Notes under the pieces: model-generated | Told to the model about the DNA's origin: nothing | The model's input: only the letters and a program-made list of their open reading frames with translations | The model's database searches: none | Made by a program: the position numbers and the translations under genes | Part shown: piece after piece, positions 41,604 to 51,168 of the stretch | Position numbering within the stretch: position 1 is the stretch's first letter | Layout: the number at the start of each line of letters is the position of its first letter | Assembly: GCA_965223265.1 (NCBI GenBank) | Contig: OZ244999.1 | Coordinates: 5,056,001 to 5,120,000 of the forward strand | Length of the DNA stretch: 64,000 bases | Origin: Planctomycetota bacterium | GTDB taxonomy: Bacteria > Planctomycetota > UBA8108 > SXIK01 | Direction: 5' to 3'

Positions 41604-43130
41604 TCAGTGGTTCACCTCGTCGACTCGCCCGTCCTCGTCGGGGGGACGACTCTCGCTCGCCGACTTTGTTTTCATCATCGGAAACGCGATGACATCGCGG
41701 ATCGAGTGACAGTCGGTCAGCAGCATGACGAGTCGATCGATTCCGAGGCCAACGCCTCCGGTCGGCGGCATTCCGCACGCCAAAGCCTTGAGGAAGTCGT
41801 GATCGATCGGGTGGTGTTCGACCCCCTCGTCATCTGGCCCCATCTGTTTCTGGAGTTCCAAGCGCTGCCTCTGCTCAACCGGGTCTGTCAGCTCGCTGTA
41901 AGCGTTGCCGATCTCCATGCCGGCAATCATCGGCTCGAAACGCTCAACCAAACGGTCGTCACCGCGCTTCGCCTTGGTGAGCGGAGAGATGTCGACAGGG
42001 TGATCGCAGACAAAAGTCGGCTGCACCAAGGTGTGTTCGACCAACTCCTCGAACAGCGCCGCCACCCCGCGCCCCCATGAGAACGGCTTCGGCGCCTCAA
42101 GACCGCGCTCACGAAATTCATTCTGAAGCGCGGCCTCGTCCATGCCATCAGCAGAAAGCCCAACACCCTCTAGCCCTTCGAGCACCGTGAGGCGTCGCCA
42201 TGGAGGCGCCAACTCGATCTCCGTCCCCTGGTAGACGACTTTCGTTGTTCCACACACATCCTTGGCGACAGACGCAACCAGCTCCTCGAACTGCCGCATC
42301 TGAAACTCATAGTCGGTAAACGCCTCGTACCACTCCATCATAGTGAACTCTGGATTGTGGCTGCGGTCGATGCCCTCGTTGCGAAAGTTCTGGCAGATCG
42401 TGTACACCTTTTGGAAACCACCGACGATAAACCGCTTGAGCGGCAGCTCCGGCGAGATGCGCAAGTACGCCCTCTGATTCGAGAGGGCGTGGATGTCTGT
42501 GGCAAACGGGCGTGCCTCCGCACCGCCATAATTCATCTCGATCGTCGGTGTGGTCACCTCGAGAAAGCCGCGCGCCTCCAGAAAGCGGCGGATCGATGAG
42601 ATCACATGGGCGCGTTTCTCCATGACGGCGCGAGCCTCAGGCGCGGTGATCCAATGAAGGTACCGCTCGCGATACTTCGTCTCGGGATCAGAGAGCTGAA
42701 AGAACGTCTTCTCATCCGTCGACTTCGGGATCGGAACACGCATCACCGTCTTCGCAAGGAGCTCTGTTTCCTCCGCAGAAATCGTCAGCTCGCCACGCTT
42801 CGTGATGAAGAGCGGCCCGACGACGCCGATCCAATCGCCAAGATCGAGCTTGCGGCGAATCACATCCCACCGAGCATCGTCGTAGTGGTCCTTACGGAAC
42901 ATTACCTGCAGGCGACCATGGTCATCGGCGATGTCTGCGAAGATCATCTTGCCCTTACCGCGGTATGCCACGACCCGACCCGCGAGCCGCAATCGCTCGT
43001 CGATCAAGGACTCCTGCGCCTGACGAACGTCGGCCAAGGAATGCGTGCGCTGGAAGCTGTAAGGGTAGGGTTGTATACCCGCCTCCAGCAGGTCCTCCCT
43101 CTTCTTGAGGAGCTCGCTCTCGAATTCCAT
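41604..43130 (-). CDS. lysS: lysine--tRNA ligase (class II)
   Basis: GGAEARPF, LRISPEL, FRNEGID.SHNPEFT, NAYSEL, GMPPTGG.GLGIDRL. Confidence 0.97.
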   Translation of the reverse strand: MEFESELLKKREDLLEAGIQPYPYSFQRTHSLADVRQAQESLIDERLRLAGRVVAYRGKGKMIFADIADDHGRLQVMFRKDHYDDARWDVIRRKLDLGDWIGVVGPLFITKRGELTISAEETELLAKTVMRVPIPKSTDEKTFFQLSDPETKYRERYLHWITAPEARAVMEKRAHVISSIRRFLEARGFLEVTTPTIEMNYGGAEARPFATDIHALSNQRAYLRISPELPLKRFIVGGFQKVYTICQNFRNEGIDRSHNPEFTMMEWYEAFTDYEFQMRQFEELVASVAKDVCGTTKVVYQGTEIELAPPWRRLTVLEGLEGVGLSADGMDEAALQNEFRERGLEAPKPFSWGRGVAALFEELVEHTLVQPTFVCDHPVDISPLTKAKRGDDRLVERFEPMIAGMEIGNAYSELTDPVEQRQRLELQKQMGPDDEGVEHHPIDHDFLKALACGMPPTGGVGLGIDRLVMLLTDCHSIRDVIAFPMMKTKSASESRPPDEDGRVDEVNH

Positions 43131-43378
43131 CGCTTCACCTCACGCCGGAGCCGCCGCACACCTTTCACGCTGTATTCGCAAGGCAAATACCAGGTGTCAT
43201 TGAAGGGCGAAAGAGGATAAACTGCGGTATAGCGAAAAGCAATGTTGGATCGCGATGCGACAGGAGTCGCCCCCACCTAGCCCCACTTCATCGCGCCCCA
43301 AGGCCGCTCGACCGGTTCCTCGCCGACGGAAGCCGGCTTCGGGCACTAAGGTTCCCTTCGCAACCGACAGCAGCGTCA

Positions 43379-44377
43379 TTGAGAGGTATCAGCGTGTTCG
43401 CCGGCCAGATCCCCACACGAGAAAAGATCGAACTCATCGACATCGACGAACCAGCGTTCAGCGGCACAAGCGAAGAAGGTGAGCCGACGATCCTTTTTCA
43501 ACCCGAAGTGACTTGCCTCTGTGGTTCGGATTTGCCGTACTTCGTCGAAGAGCAGCCGAGCTACCCGTTGCCCGTCGGCCTCAGCCTTCACGAGATGGTC
43601 GGCACCGTACTCAAGACTTCTGGCAATCGCTTTCGAGTCGGCCAGAAAGTCCTCGCCGTACCCGTCGGTCAAGTGGGCTTTTTCGAACGCTACGAGGTCG
43701 CCGAGTCGCGAGCCATCCCGCTCGATTCCCGACAACCTTTTGAAGTGAGCGTTCTCGCTCAGCCTCTCGGCACGGCGATCTTCGCGCTGAGGAAGCTCCC
43801 TTCACTGCTCGACCAGGACGTCGTCGTGCTCGGACAGGGTCCTATGGGACAGATTTTCAACGCCTGCGCAAAACTGATGGGAGCCCGGCAGGTGATCGGT
43901 ATCGATCGCGTCGCCAGCCGCTTGGAACGAAGCGGCCCCATGGGCGCGACAACCGTGATCGACAGCAGCCAAGACGATCCGATCGCGGCAGTGAACCGAC
44001 TGACCCACGATCGCGGCGCCGACATTGTCGTTGAGGCCGTCGGCCACGCCAATATCGCGCTCAACCTCTGTATCGATCTTTGCCGCAGCTTCGGTCGCAT
44101 TCTCTCGTTCGGCGTGCCGCCTCGGTTCGAGGAAGTTTCCATTCGCTGGTGGGATCTCTTCTTCAAAAACATCACTGTGCACACGAGCGTCAACCCAGAC
44201 TTCCGTAGGGACTTCCCGCTCGCGATGCAGTGGGTCGGTGAGGGACGCATCGACTTGAGCCCCTTGATCACACACCGCCTGCCCGTCGAGAGTATCCAAG
44301 AGGCGTACGAAATCTTTCGCGACAAGCGGGACGGCGCCCTCAAAGTCATCGTCGACTTTCCCGCCAGCCGAAGCTGA
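43379..44377 (+). CDS. Zn-dependent medium-chain dehydrogenase
   Basis: CGSD, HEMVG, GQGPMG Rossmann motif, LITHR. Confidence 0.88.
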   Translation: MRGISVFAGQIPTREKIELIDIDEPAFSGTSEEGEPTILFQPEVTCLCGSDLPYFVEEQPSYPLPVGLSLHEMVGTVLKTSGNRFRVGQKVLAVPVGQVGFFERYEVAESRAIPLDSRQPFEVSVLAQPLGTAIFALRKLPSLLDQDVVVLGQGPMGQIFNACAKLMGARQVIGIDRVASRLERSGPMGATTVIDSSQDDPIAAVNRLTHDRGADIVVEAVGHANIALNLCIDLCRSFGRILSFGVPPRFEEVSIRWWDLFFKNITVHTSVNPDFRRDFPLAMQWVGEGRIDLSPLITHRLPVESIQEAYEIFRDKRDGALKVIVDFPASRS

Positions 44378-44425
44378 GACGGACTCTCGCCGCGACCGCT
44401 GGCTGTCGTTCTTTCTTGGTAGGAT

Positions 44426-46021
44426 CTACCCTTTGGTGTCCGCCTCAGATCGACGGCGCCCAAAAAGGATCGACAGTACGACGACAAGGATGAACACGGT
44501 CGCGATGTGATCCAGGCAAAGGGCCGCGAGCACGTTCCGCTCCGGGTCGTAGTGCAGGAGGTTGTAGATCCGCACGATGAGCGGCTCGACTCCCGGCGGC
44601 GCTAGGAGAATCGTCGCTGAAAGCTCCTGCATCGACAGCAGCGCAACCGAGAGCGCACCGGTCAAGAAGCCGGGCGCCATCACCGGAATGTAGACACGCG
44701 CCCAACGGTGGAAGCGGTCGCAGTGAACGCGAGCTGCGAGCCACTGGGCTTCCGGCACGCGCCGTTGAAACGCCGCCATGGCGAAAAACGCCAGGGGGAA
44801 GAATCTCCAAATGCCCGCGACGACGAGCACCCCCCAACTATCGAAAAACGCCAAGGCGAATCGTGGCACGTCGCCGCGAAGATTCAATATCGCGACGCCG
44901 AGAAGCGTCCCGGGCACGGCGAACGGCAGCCACAGAAGAAAATGAAACCGAGAGCGTGCGTGGCGGTCGATCGGTAGACACAAGACCGCGAGCACGACAG
45001 CGCCAACCGCGGTGAAGAACCCGACAAACAAGCTCGAGAGTATCCGTTCCCAGTCGGTAGCGAGCGCATCCCACCAAACCGAAAACTCACCGGCGATGGA
45101 GAGCAAGAGAGACACCGGCATGGCGAAGGAGAGCACGAACCAAATCAGGATCAGGGCCGTCCCGGCGAAACTCGCAGGTCGTTCGTCTTCCACGCGCTCG
45201 GGTTCGACGCCGCTGATAGCGAAACCGCGCCGATTCGCCCATAGCTGAGTTGCCAACAGAAAGAACGCCGCGACCGCCAGAAGCGGGAGAGCAAAAAGCA
45301 CTGCAGCGGCTGGCGTGTCGTCGGACTCTAGCCGAACGTTCACAAGCACGGCGTAGGTTTGCAGGTCGAGTAGTCGCGGCACTTCATAGTTGAGAAGGCA
45401 GAGTGTGAACGCGACGCCGCTACCGGCAAGAATCGCCGGCAAAGCAAGCGGCAGCACGATTCTCACAAACACAGAGGCGCGACCGCGATGAACTCGCGCG
45501 GCCGTAACCAACTCCCGCGGTACGCGCGCCAGAGCAAAGGTAGCGAAAAAGAGAACGATCGGCGCGTAGCTGAGACCGAGTATCCATACCGCGAAAGGTG
45601 CGTTTCTGATGGAAAGCGGGGAGTCGCGCTCCGAGATCGAGTCGCCAAATCCTGAGGCAAGCCACAGAAAAACCCGATGCAGAAAACCGTCGGCGGCGGT
45701 CAGGTTCTCCCACACGGCGACCTGAAACACGGGCGGCAGTAGAAGTGGCGTCATCGATATGGCGAAGAAGGCGTGGCGCCAACGCGACCGCCGTCCGGCC
45801 GCTGCAAGAGCTACGCAGGTGCCGAGGGTGGCAGCGACGGTCGCCGCAGCCACCGCGAGGCCAACGCTGCGACCAAACAGAGCCAGCAGACGCGGCAGGT
45901 CGAGCCCGCCTCGCAGCGCGGTCACGTCAGCTGCCGAGATGGAAGTACCGACGAGATGGACCAGTGGGAAGAAGAGGAGCAGCACCAATCCAACGCGTAC
46001 CAGGCGCCCGAGTATCAACAT
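44426..46021 (-). CDS. Fe(III)/thiamine-type ABC transporter permease (FbpB-like)
   Basis: Two permease repeats with EAA-like loops (ELVTAAR, QWLAAR); follows the substrate-binding protein. Confidence 0.8.
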   Translation of the reverse strand: MLILGRLVRVGLVLLLFFPLVHLVGTSISAADVTALRGGLDLPRLLALFGRSVGLAVAAATVAATLGTCVALAAAGRRSRWRHAFFAISMTPLLLPPVFQVAVWENLTAADGFLHRVFLWLASGFGDSISERDSPLSIRNAPFAVWILGLSYAPIVLFFATFALARVPRELVTAARVHRGRASVFVRIVLPLALPAILAGSGVAFTLCLLNYEVPRLLDLQTYAVLVNVRLESDDTPAAAVLFALPLLAVAAFFLLATQLWANRRGFAISGVEPERVEDERPASFAGTALILIWFVLSFAMPVSLLLSIAGEFSVWWDALATDWERILSSLFVGFFTAVGAVVLAVLCLPIDRHARSRFHFLLWLPFAVPGTLLGVAILNLRGDVPRFALAFFDSWGVLVVAGIWRFFPLAFFAMAAFQRRVPEAQWLAARVHCDRFHRWARVYIPVMAPGFLTGALSVALLSMQELSATILLAPPGVEPLIVRIYNLLHYDPERNVLAALCLDHIATVFILVVVLSILFGRRRSEADTKG

Positions 46022-46024
46022 AGT

Positions 46025-47128
46025 TCACCGCACGAAGAGCTTCTCTAAGACCTCTCGCGCGGCAGCAACCCCACGGGCGACCTCGACGTAGTCAACCTCC
46101 ATCCACCGGAGGTCAGTCGGCATATCGGGGATCTTCGGGGGTTCTATGCCTGGGCGGAGCGGGATCTGGGCAGACTCCGAACGCGCTAGCGCTGCTTCAG
46201 TCTTGGCGCTCAACAGGTAGTCAACGAACATCTTTCCAGCGCTCGGGCTTGGCCCACGCTGAACGAGGCCCACAGTGTTTGGAATCACGAAGGTGCCTAG
46301 AGGTGTATTGACTCCTGGAAACCCAGGCTCTTGATCCGGAAAGACGATCCCGAGAGCTTGCCCCTTGCTGAGCGCGACGAACGCATCGTCCGTGTCCGTA
46401 AGCCCAACATCCAACTCGCCGCTGACGACGCGATCGCGGACGACAGAGTTGCCAGCAAGAACGCGGACGTCGTTCGCGAGCAATCCCCGAAAATACTCTT
46501 CTGCCTGAACGGCTCCGAGGTGCGCCCACAAAGCACCCGCGTGCGTCGCAGTCGTCCCGAAGAGGGGCAGTGCGATGCCGGCGCGGCCACGCCAGCGCTC
46601 GTGCATTAGATCGCCGATTGATCGCGGCGCCTCCTGCCGCGGCACTCGGGCAGGGTTGTAAACGATCACGCGTGCGCGCGCGGCAAATCCAGTCCATGCG
46701 CCTTGCGAGCCCTTGAAAGCATCGGGGATCCCCGCGGCCGTTGGCGCCCGGTATTCACTGAAAACGCCTAGCTCTGCGAGCTGCACAGTTCGCGCCACTT
46801 CAGAATTCCAAAAGACATCGGCGCGGGGACGACCAGTCGAATGCTCGATGCGCAGGCGGTGAAAAAGTCCCGTCGTCTTGTTCGCTTCAACATCAAACAT
46901 CGCGTCCACTTTGATGCCAGTCTCCGCCTCGAACCGCTCCAAAACCGGGCGCGCAAACATCTCGTCGACCGAGGTATAGACGACGACTACAGTGCCGTCG
47001 CGATCGCCGCTACAGCCGCTGCACGGCAGCATCGCAGCAAGGGCACAAACCGTCGACATCGTGATCCACAGCAGCAGCTCTAGTGTCGCTTGCCCCCGTG
47101 CCAGGTTTTCACGTCCTTTTGACATCAC
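46025..47128 (-). CDS. ABC substrate-binding lipoprotein (FbpA/AfuA-like)
   Basis: CSGC lipobox-like motif, VYTSVD, FEAETGI, RARVIVYN, LTDTDD. Confidence 0.85.
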   Translation of the reverse strand: MMSKGRENLARGQATLELLLWITMSTVCALAAMLPCSGCSGDRDGTVVVVYTSVDEMFARPVLERFEAETGIKVDAMFDVEANKTTGLFHRLRIEHSTGRPRADVFWNSEVARTVQLAELGVFSEYRAPTAAGIPDAFKGSQGAWTGFAARARVIVYNPARVPRQEAPRSIGDLMHERWRGRAGIALPLFGTTATHAGALWAHLGAVQAEEYFRGLLANDVRVLAGNSVVRDRVVSGELDVGLTDTDDAFVALSKGQALGIVFPDQEPGFPGVNTPLGTFVIPNTVGLVQRGPSPSAGKMFVDYLLSAKTEAALARSESAQIPLRPGIEPPKIPDMPTDLRWMEVDYVEVARGVAAAREVLEKLFVR

Positions 47129-47137
47129 GATTCGTTC

Positions 47138-48196
47138 TCACTCCTGAACACAACTCGGCGCCCCGAGTCGCCGTTCAAGCGCCACCGCGCGCGCAACGAC
47201 TTCAGCACTTGAAATCAAGCGCATGCAGCGATGATCGAGAGGACAGACCTTTAAATGACAGGGGCCGCACTCGACGTCGCGGCGCACCACCTCCGATCGC
47301 TCAAGATTCCACCCGGAGTAGCGTGGGTCCGTCGGCCCCATCACCACCACGACCGGCGTACCGAGCGCAACCGCATAGTGGCGAGGCCCCGTGTCAGTCG
47401 AAATCAATAGACGCAGGTCACGGATAAAAGGCTTCAGAACATCCAGCGGCAAGAGAGCGCGTGCCGTATTGACGACTGGAGTCGACATCGCAGCCTCGAT
47501 CGCGTCACCAATAGCCTCCTCGCCGGGCCCGACGAAAATGATCGTTCGCAACCCCATGCGTTCGTGCAGCGCATCGGCAGCCGCGGCAAAAGCCTCGGGT
47601 GGCCAGAGTTTGCTTGCCCCAAACGACGCCCCTGGGTTGAGGCCGAGCAGCTCCTCGCCATCGCCGACCCCAAGCTTGCTGCGGTAGTCACGCGCCGCCT
47701 CCTCACACTCAGGCGTTACCGCCAAATGAGTGCGCGAATCCCCCAGCTCCACCCCGATGCGCGCGCAGATCCGTGCGTAGAAGAGCGGCATGGGCATCGG
47801 TCGGCGTCGTCCAGCCTGCCTTTCGTACTCAACCACGTCGGTGAGGAGAAAAGCGCGGCCATCGCGACGGTACCCGATTCGCCGCGGAATGTTTGCGATC
47901 CACGCGACAAGCGCAGCCCGCAGCGAGTTCGGGAGGAGCAACGCAACGTCGAAACGTCTCTTGCGAAGCTCTCGTCCCTGCTTCCACAGGGATAAAAAAG
48001 ATTCCGCTGATCGATCGTCGATGACTTCGTCGACATACCCGAGTCCGTCGACGATCCCCCGACGCCCGGGCTTTAGGAGGAGGGCAATGTGAGCCACCGG
48101 GAACGTCTCCCGCACTGCAGCGAGGTTCGCAGTGGCCATGACGATGTCGCCGACCCACGTCGGACCAAAGATGAGGATACGCTGAACGTTCTCCAT
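47138..48196 (-). CDS. waaF: lipopolysaccharide heptosyltransferase II (GT9)
   Basis: PTWVGDIVM, LPNS, NPGASFGASKLWP, DTGPRH, C-terminal Cys cluster. Confidence 0.9.
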   Translation of the reverse strand: MENVQRILIFGPTWVGDIVMATANLAAVRETFPVAHIALLLKPGRRGIVDGLGYVDEVIDDRSAESFLSLWKQGRELRKRRFDVALLLPNSLRAALVAWIANIPRRIGYRRDGRAFLLTDVVEYERQAGRRRPMPMPLFYARICARIGVELGDSRTHLAVTPECEEAARDYRSKLGVGDGEELLGLNPGASFGASKLWPPEAFAAAADALHERMGLRTIIFVGPGEEAIGDAIEAAMSTPVVNTARALLPLDVLKPFIRDLRLLISTDTGPRHYAVALGTPVVVVMGPTDPRYSGWNLERSEVVRRDVECGPCHLKVCPLDHRCMRLISSAEVVARAVALERRLGAPSCVQE

Positions 48197-48287
48197 AGAG
48201 TCAGCTTAACCCGCACGCCACGGAAGTTTCTACTGCGTCGCGTTGAGCGCTCAGCCGCGGCCGGAGCTCCGATCAACAGGCTGTTAA

Positions 48288-48465
48288 CAGCCCGTTGAAA
48301 AAGTGCTTCGAGCCGAAAACTGGTCTCTTCGCGTCCAGATCGGCCGCGGCAAACGCAGGCAATCTTCGGGCCCTCTTCTTTCGATTCTGATGGCGAGTAT
48401 TGACGCGGTCGAGCTGGGCGTGAAGAGGCCAGTTTCCTCGGCCGAATGACTTTTTCAACAGGCTG
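48288..48465. mobile_element. MITE (non-autonomous, IS5/IS1182-like ends), 178 bp
   Basis: TIRs cagcccgttgaaaaagt and actttttcaacaggctg; TTAA on both sides; imperfect internal palindrome; extra end copy at 48273-48283. Confidence 0.8.
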
Positions 48466-48470
48466 TTAAG

Positions 48471-49523
48471 TTAAGACGCGAATCGCGCGAAGCGCTGCTT
48501 ATTCGAGGCGTAGAGATATGCGGTCTCACCTGAGATGAGGTCGGCTTCCACTCGCATCATGATCGACTCATCCATTGTCTGCATGCCTTCGCCTCGCCCG
48601 GCTTCAATGAGCGAGTCGATCTTTGCGACGCTGCCTTCCCGGATGATGCTGCGCAAGGCGAAAGAGCCTGTGAGGACTTCGTTGACGGGGACTCTCCCTT
48701 TGTTCTTCTGCGGCAGCAAGAGCTGGGCACAAACGCCTCGTAAAGTCTCAGCCAACATCGTCCGAATCTGACTTTGCTGCGATTCGGGAAACACGTCGAT
48801 AATACGATCGACAGTCTTCGCCGCAGAGTTCGTATGCAACGTCGCGAAGACGAGAATCCCCATTTCCGCAGCAGTGATCGCGAGGCCGATCGTCTCGGGA
48901 TCACGCATCTCCCCGACGAGAAGCACGTCAGGGTCCTGGCGCGTGGCGCCGCGCAAGGCCGTCGCGAAGCTCTCCGCATCAACAGTTACCTCACGTTGAG
49001 TGAAGAAGCTTCGACGATTCTTGTGGACGAACTCGATGGGCTCCTCAATCGTGATGATGTGCTTGCGTTGATGACGATTGATATGGTCGAGCAACGCGGC
49101 GAGCGTCGTCGACTTGCCGCTTCCAGTCGGCCCGGTGACGAGGACGAGTCCACTGCGCAGCTCGGCGAAACGAAGCACTTGCTTCGGCACGCCAAGTTCC
49201 TCAATGCTGGCAATCTGGGTCGGAATGACGCGGAAAACGACCGTCGGACCGTTCCTCGTCAGCGCGACGTTGACGCGGAAGCGCGCCACGCCCTCCAGTT
49301 CGTAGGCGAGGTCGAGATCGTTGCGCTCGCGAAAAATCCGCTTCTGACGATCATTCAAAAAATCGAAAATGATGTCCTCGAGTTGCTCGGCGGAGAACTT
49401 CTGCGGGCTAAGAGGGGAGAGACGTCCGTGAAGTCGGATTTTCGGCGGCACCGCCGATGCCAAGTGGAGATCCGAGCCCTTGAGCTCGGCAACTTTTTTA
49501 AGATAGGGGTCGATCTTTGCCAT
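48471..49523 (-). CDS. pilT: type IV pilus retraction ATPase PilT/PilU family
   Basis: SDLHL, GPTGSGKST, TIEEPIE, LVGEMRD, ATLHT, GMQTMD. Confidence 0.92.
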   Translation of the reverse strand: MAKIDPYLKKVAELKGSDLHLASAVPPKIRLHGRLSPLSPQKFSAEQLEDIIFDFLNDRQKRIFRERNDLDLAYELEGVARFRVNVALTRNGPTVVFRVIPTQIASIEELGVPKQVLRFAELRSGLVLVTGPTGSGKSTTLAALLDHINRHQRKHIITIEEPIEFVHKNRRSFFTQREVTVDAESFATALRGATRQDPDVLLVGEMRDPETIGLAITAAEMGILVFATLHTNSAAKTVDRIIDVFPESQQSQIRTMLAETLRGVCAQLLLPQKNKGRVPVNEVLTGSFALRSIIREGSVAKIDSLIEAGRGEGMQTMDESIMMRVEADLISGETAYLYASNKQRFARFAS

Positions 49524-49553
49524 AGAGGCTCGAAGCACCTTTTCGTCAGACGT

Positions 49554-50921
49554 TTAAGGTATACGGCTCGGGTTTTCCGCGTGGTAAAGCGCCGTTTGCC
49601 GCGTAATCACGTCGCGGCGCAGCAAGTCGATGATCGAATCGTCCATCGTAACCATGCCCTGCTTCTGCCCGGTCTGCACAACCGATGGAAGTTGGAAGGT
49701 CTTGTGCTCGCGTATCAAGTTGCGCACCGCAGACGTCGCGAACAGGATCTCTACCGCGGGTTCGCGGCCGTAACCGTCCGATCGTGGCAAGAGCTGTTGG
49801 GAGACGACTCCGCGCAGAGATTCCGATACCATGGCGCGAATCTGCTCCTGCTCCTTAGGCGGAAAGACGTCGATGATGCGATCGACCGATCGCGTTGCGT
49901 TCTGCGTGTGCAGCGTGCCGAAGACGAGATGTCCGGTTTCGGCCGCTGTGATGGCAATCGAAATCGTTTCGAGGTCTCGCATTTCGCCGACGCAGATGTA
50001 ATCCGGGTCGGCGCGCATCGCTGAGCGGAGCGCAGTCTGATAGTCTTTCGTGTGCAGCTTGACCTGACGTTGATCGACGTTGCAGTTTTCGCTCTCGATC
50101 ACGTACTCGATCGGGTCTTCTACCGTGACGATGTGATCGTGACGCGTCCGGTTAACGATGTTGACGAGCGCGGCCATCGTCGCTGTCTTGCCGCTTCCCG
50201 CCGGCCCGGTGATCAGAATGATCCCGTGACGGTACTCCGTGAACCTCTTCAGAGTCGCGGGCAGATGAAGATCCTCGATCGTCGGCACCGTCTCCGGAAT
50301 GACTCGAAAGACGGCGTCGAACCCGAGTCGCTGGCGCAAGACGCCCGCTCGATAGCGGCCATGGTCGGCCTCATAGCAGAAGTCGAGGTCCCAATGTTTT
50401 TCCAGGATGTCCCACTGCTCCGTCGTCAAGATCTCCTTGATACGGGGTGCGGTGACCGCAGCGGTCAGAACCGGGTGTTTCAAGTAGACGATGGTGCCGT
50501 GGAGACGGAAGAACGGCGGCGCGCCGACCTGAAAGTGTAGGTCGGACGCCCCAATGCGGCGTGCCTCTCGCAGATACGCATCGATCGGTTGGCCCGCAAG
50601 GGCGGAGTAGTCTCGCTCGGCGATCTCACGCAGCCCGAAGCTCGACTGGCTGGAGTCCCTGGCTGCAGCGGACGGTCGCGCTGCGCGGGCGGCAGTCAGC
50701 CGCGGCGCCGACTTAGCCTCGACTGTGCCCTGCTGCAGTCGAGCTTCTAACGCCCGAAACTGTTGCTCGTTGATCAGCCCCTTCTTGAGTAACACCTGTC
50801 CGAGAGAAAGGCCATTACCTCCTTCTTGAAGAAACGCAAAGCACTCGCGAATCTTTTCTTCCGACACCAACTTGCTCTTGATGGCGAGCTTGCCCAACTG
50901 AACATCTTTTGGCGTAGGCAT
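49554..50921 (-). CDS. pilT: PilT retraction ATPase with an N-terminal MshEN-like domain
   Basis: GPAGSGKT, TVEDPIE, VGEMRD, TLHT, AVRNLIRE; N-terminal QLGKLAI..LVSEE and SLGQVLLKKGLINEQQ. Confidence 0.9.
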   Translation of the reverse strand: MPTPKDVQLGKLAIKSKLVSEEKIRECFAFLQEGGNGLSLGQVLLKKGLINEQQFRALEARLQQGTVEAKSAPRLTAARAARPSAAARDSSQSSFGLREIAERDYSALAGQPIDAYLREARRIGASDLHFQVGAPPFFRLHGTIVYLKHPVLTAAVTAPRIKEILTTEQWDILEKHWDLDFCYEADHGRYRAGVLRQRLGFDAVFRVIPETVPTIEDLHLPATLKRFTEYRHGIILITGPAGSGKTATMAALVNIVNRTRHDHIVTVEDPIEYVIESENCNVDQRQVKLHTKDYQTALRSAMRADPDYICVGEMRDLETISIAITAAETGHLVFGTLHTQNATRSVDRIIDVFPPKEQEQIRAMVSESLRGVVSQQLLPRSDGYGREPAVEILFATSAVRNLIREHKTFQLPSVVQTGQKQGMVTMDDSIIDLLRRDVITRQTALYHAENPSRIP

Positions 50922-51168
50922 CCTTGCTTTCCGTTCTCACGTCAGCCGTTTGCTCGATGAGGTCGCGATGTCTCCCGCGACTTCGTCGCGAGACGGTGGA
51001 GGCAACGTGACCGGCCGCTGCACGCTCGCGGAGTCTCCGACCTCATGCAGCACGCCAAGGTCTTAACGGATCGCACGAGAGACGCGGGCCAGAGCTATTT
51101 TAGCGGCTGACAACGCCATCCTCGAGCACGAGGAGCGGAATCAGCGGCTCGCCTCTGCTCAGCGCCCA

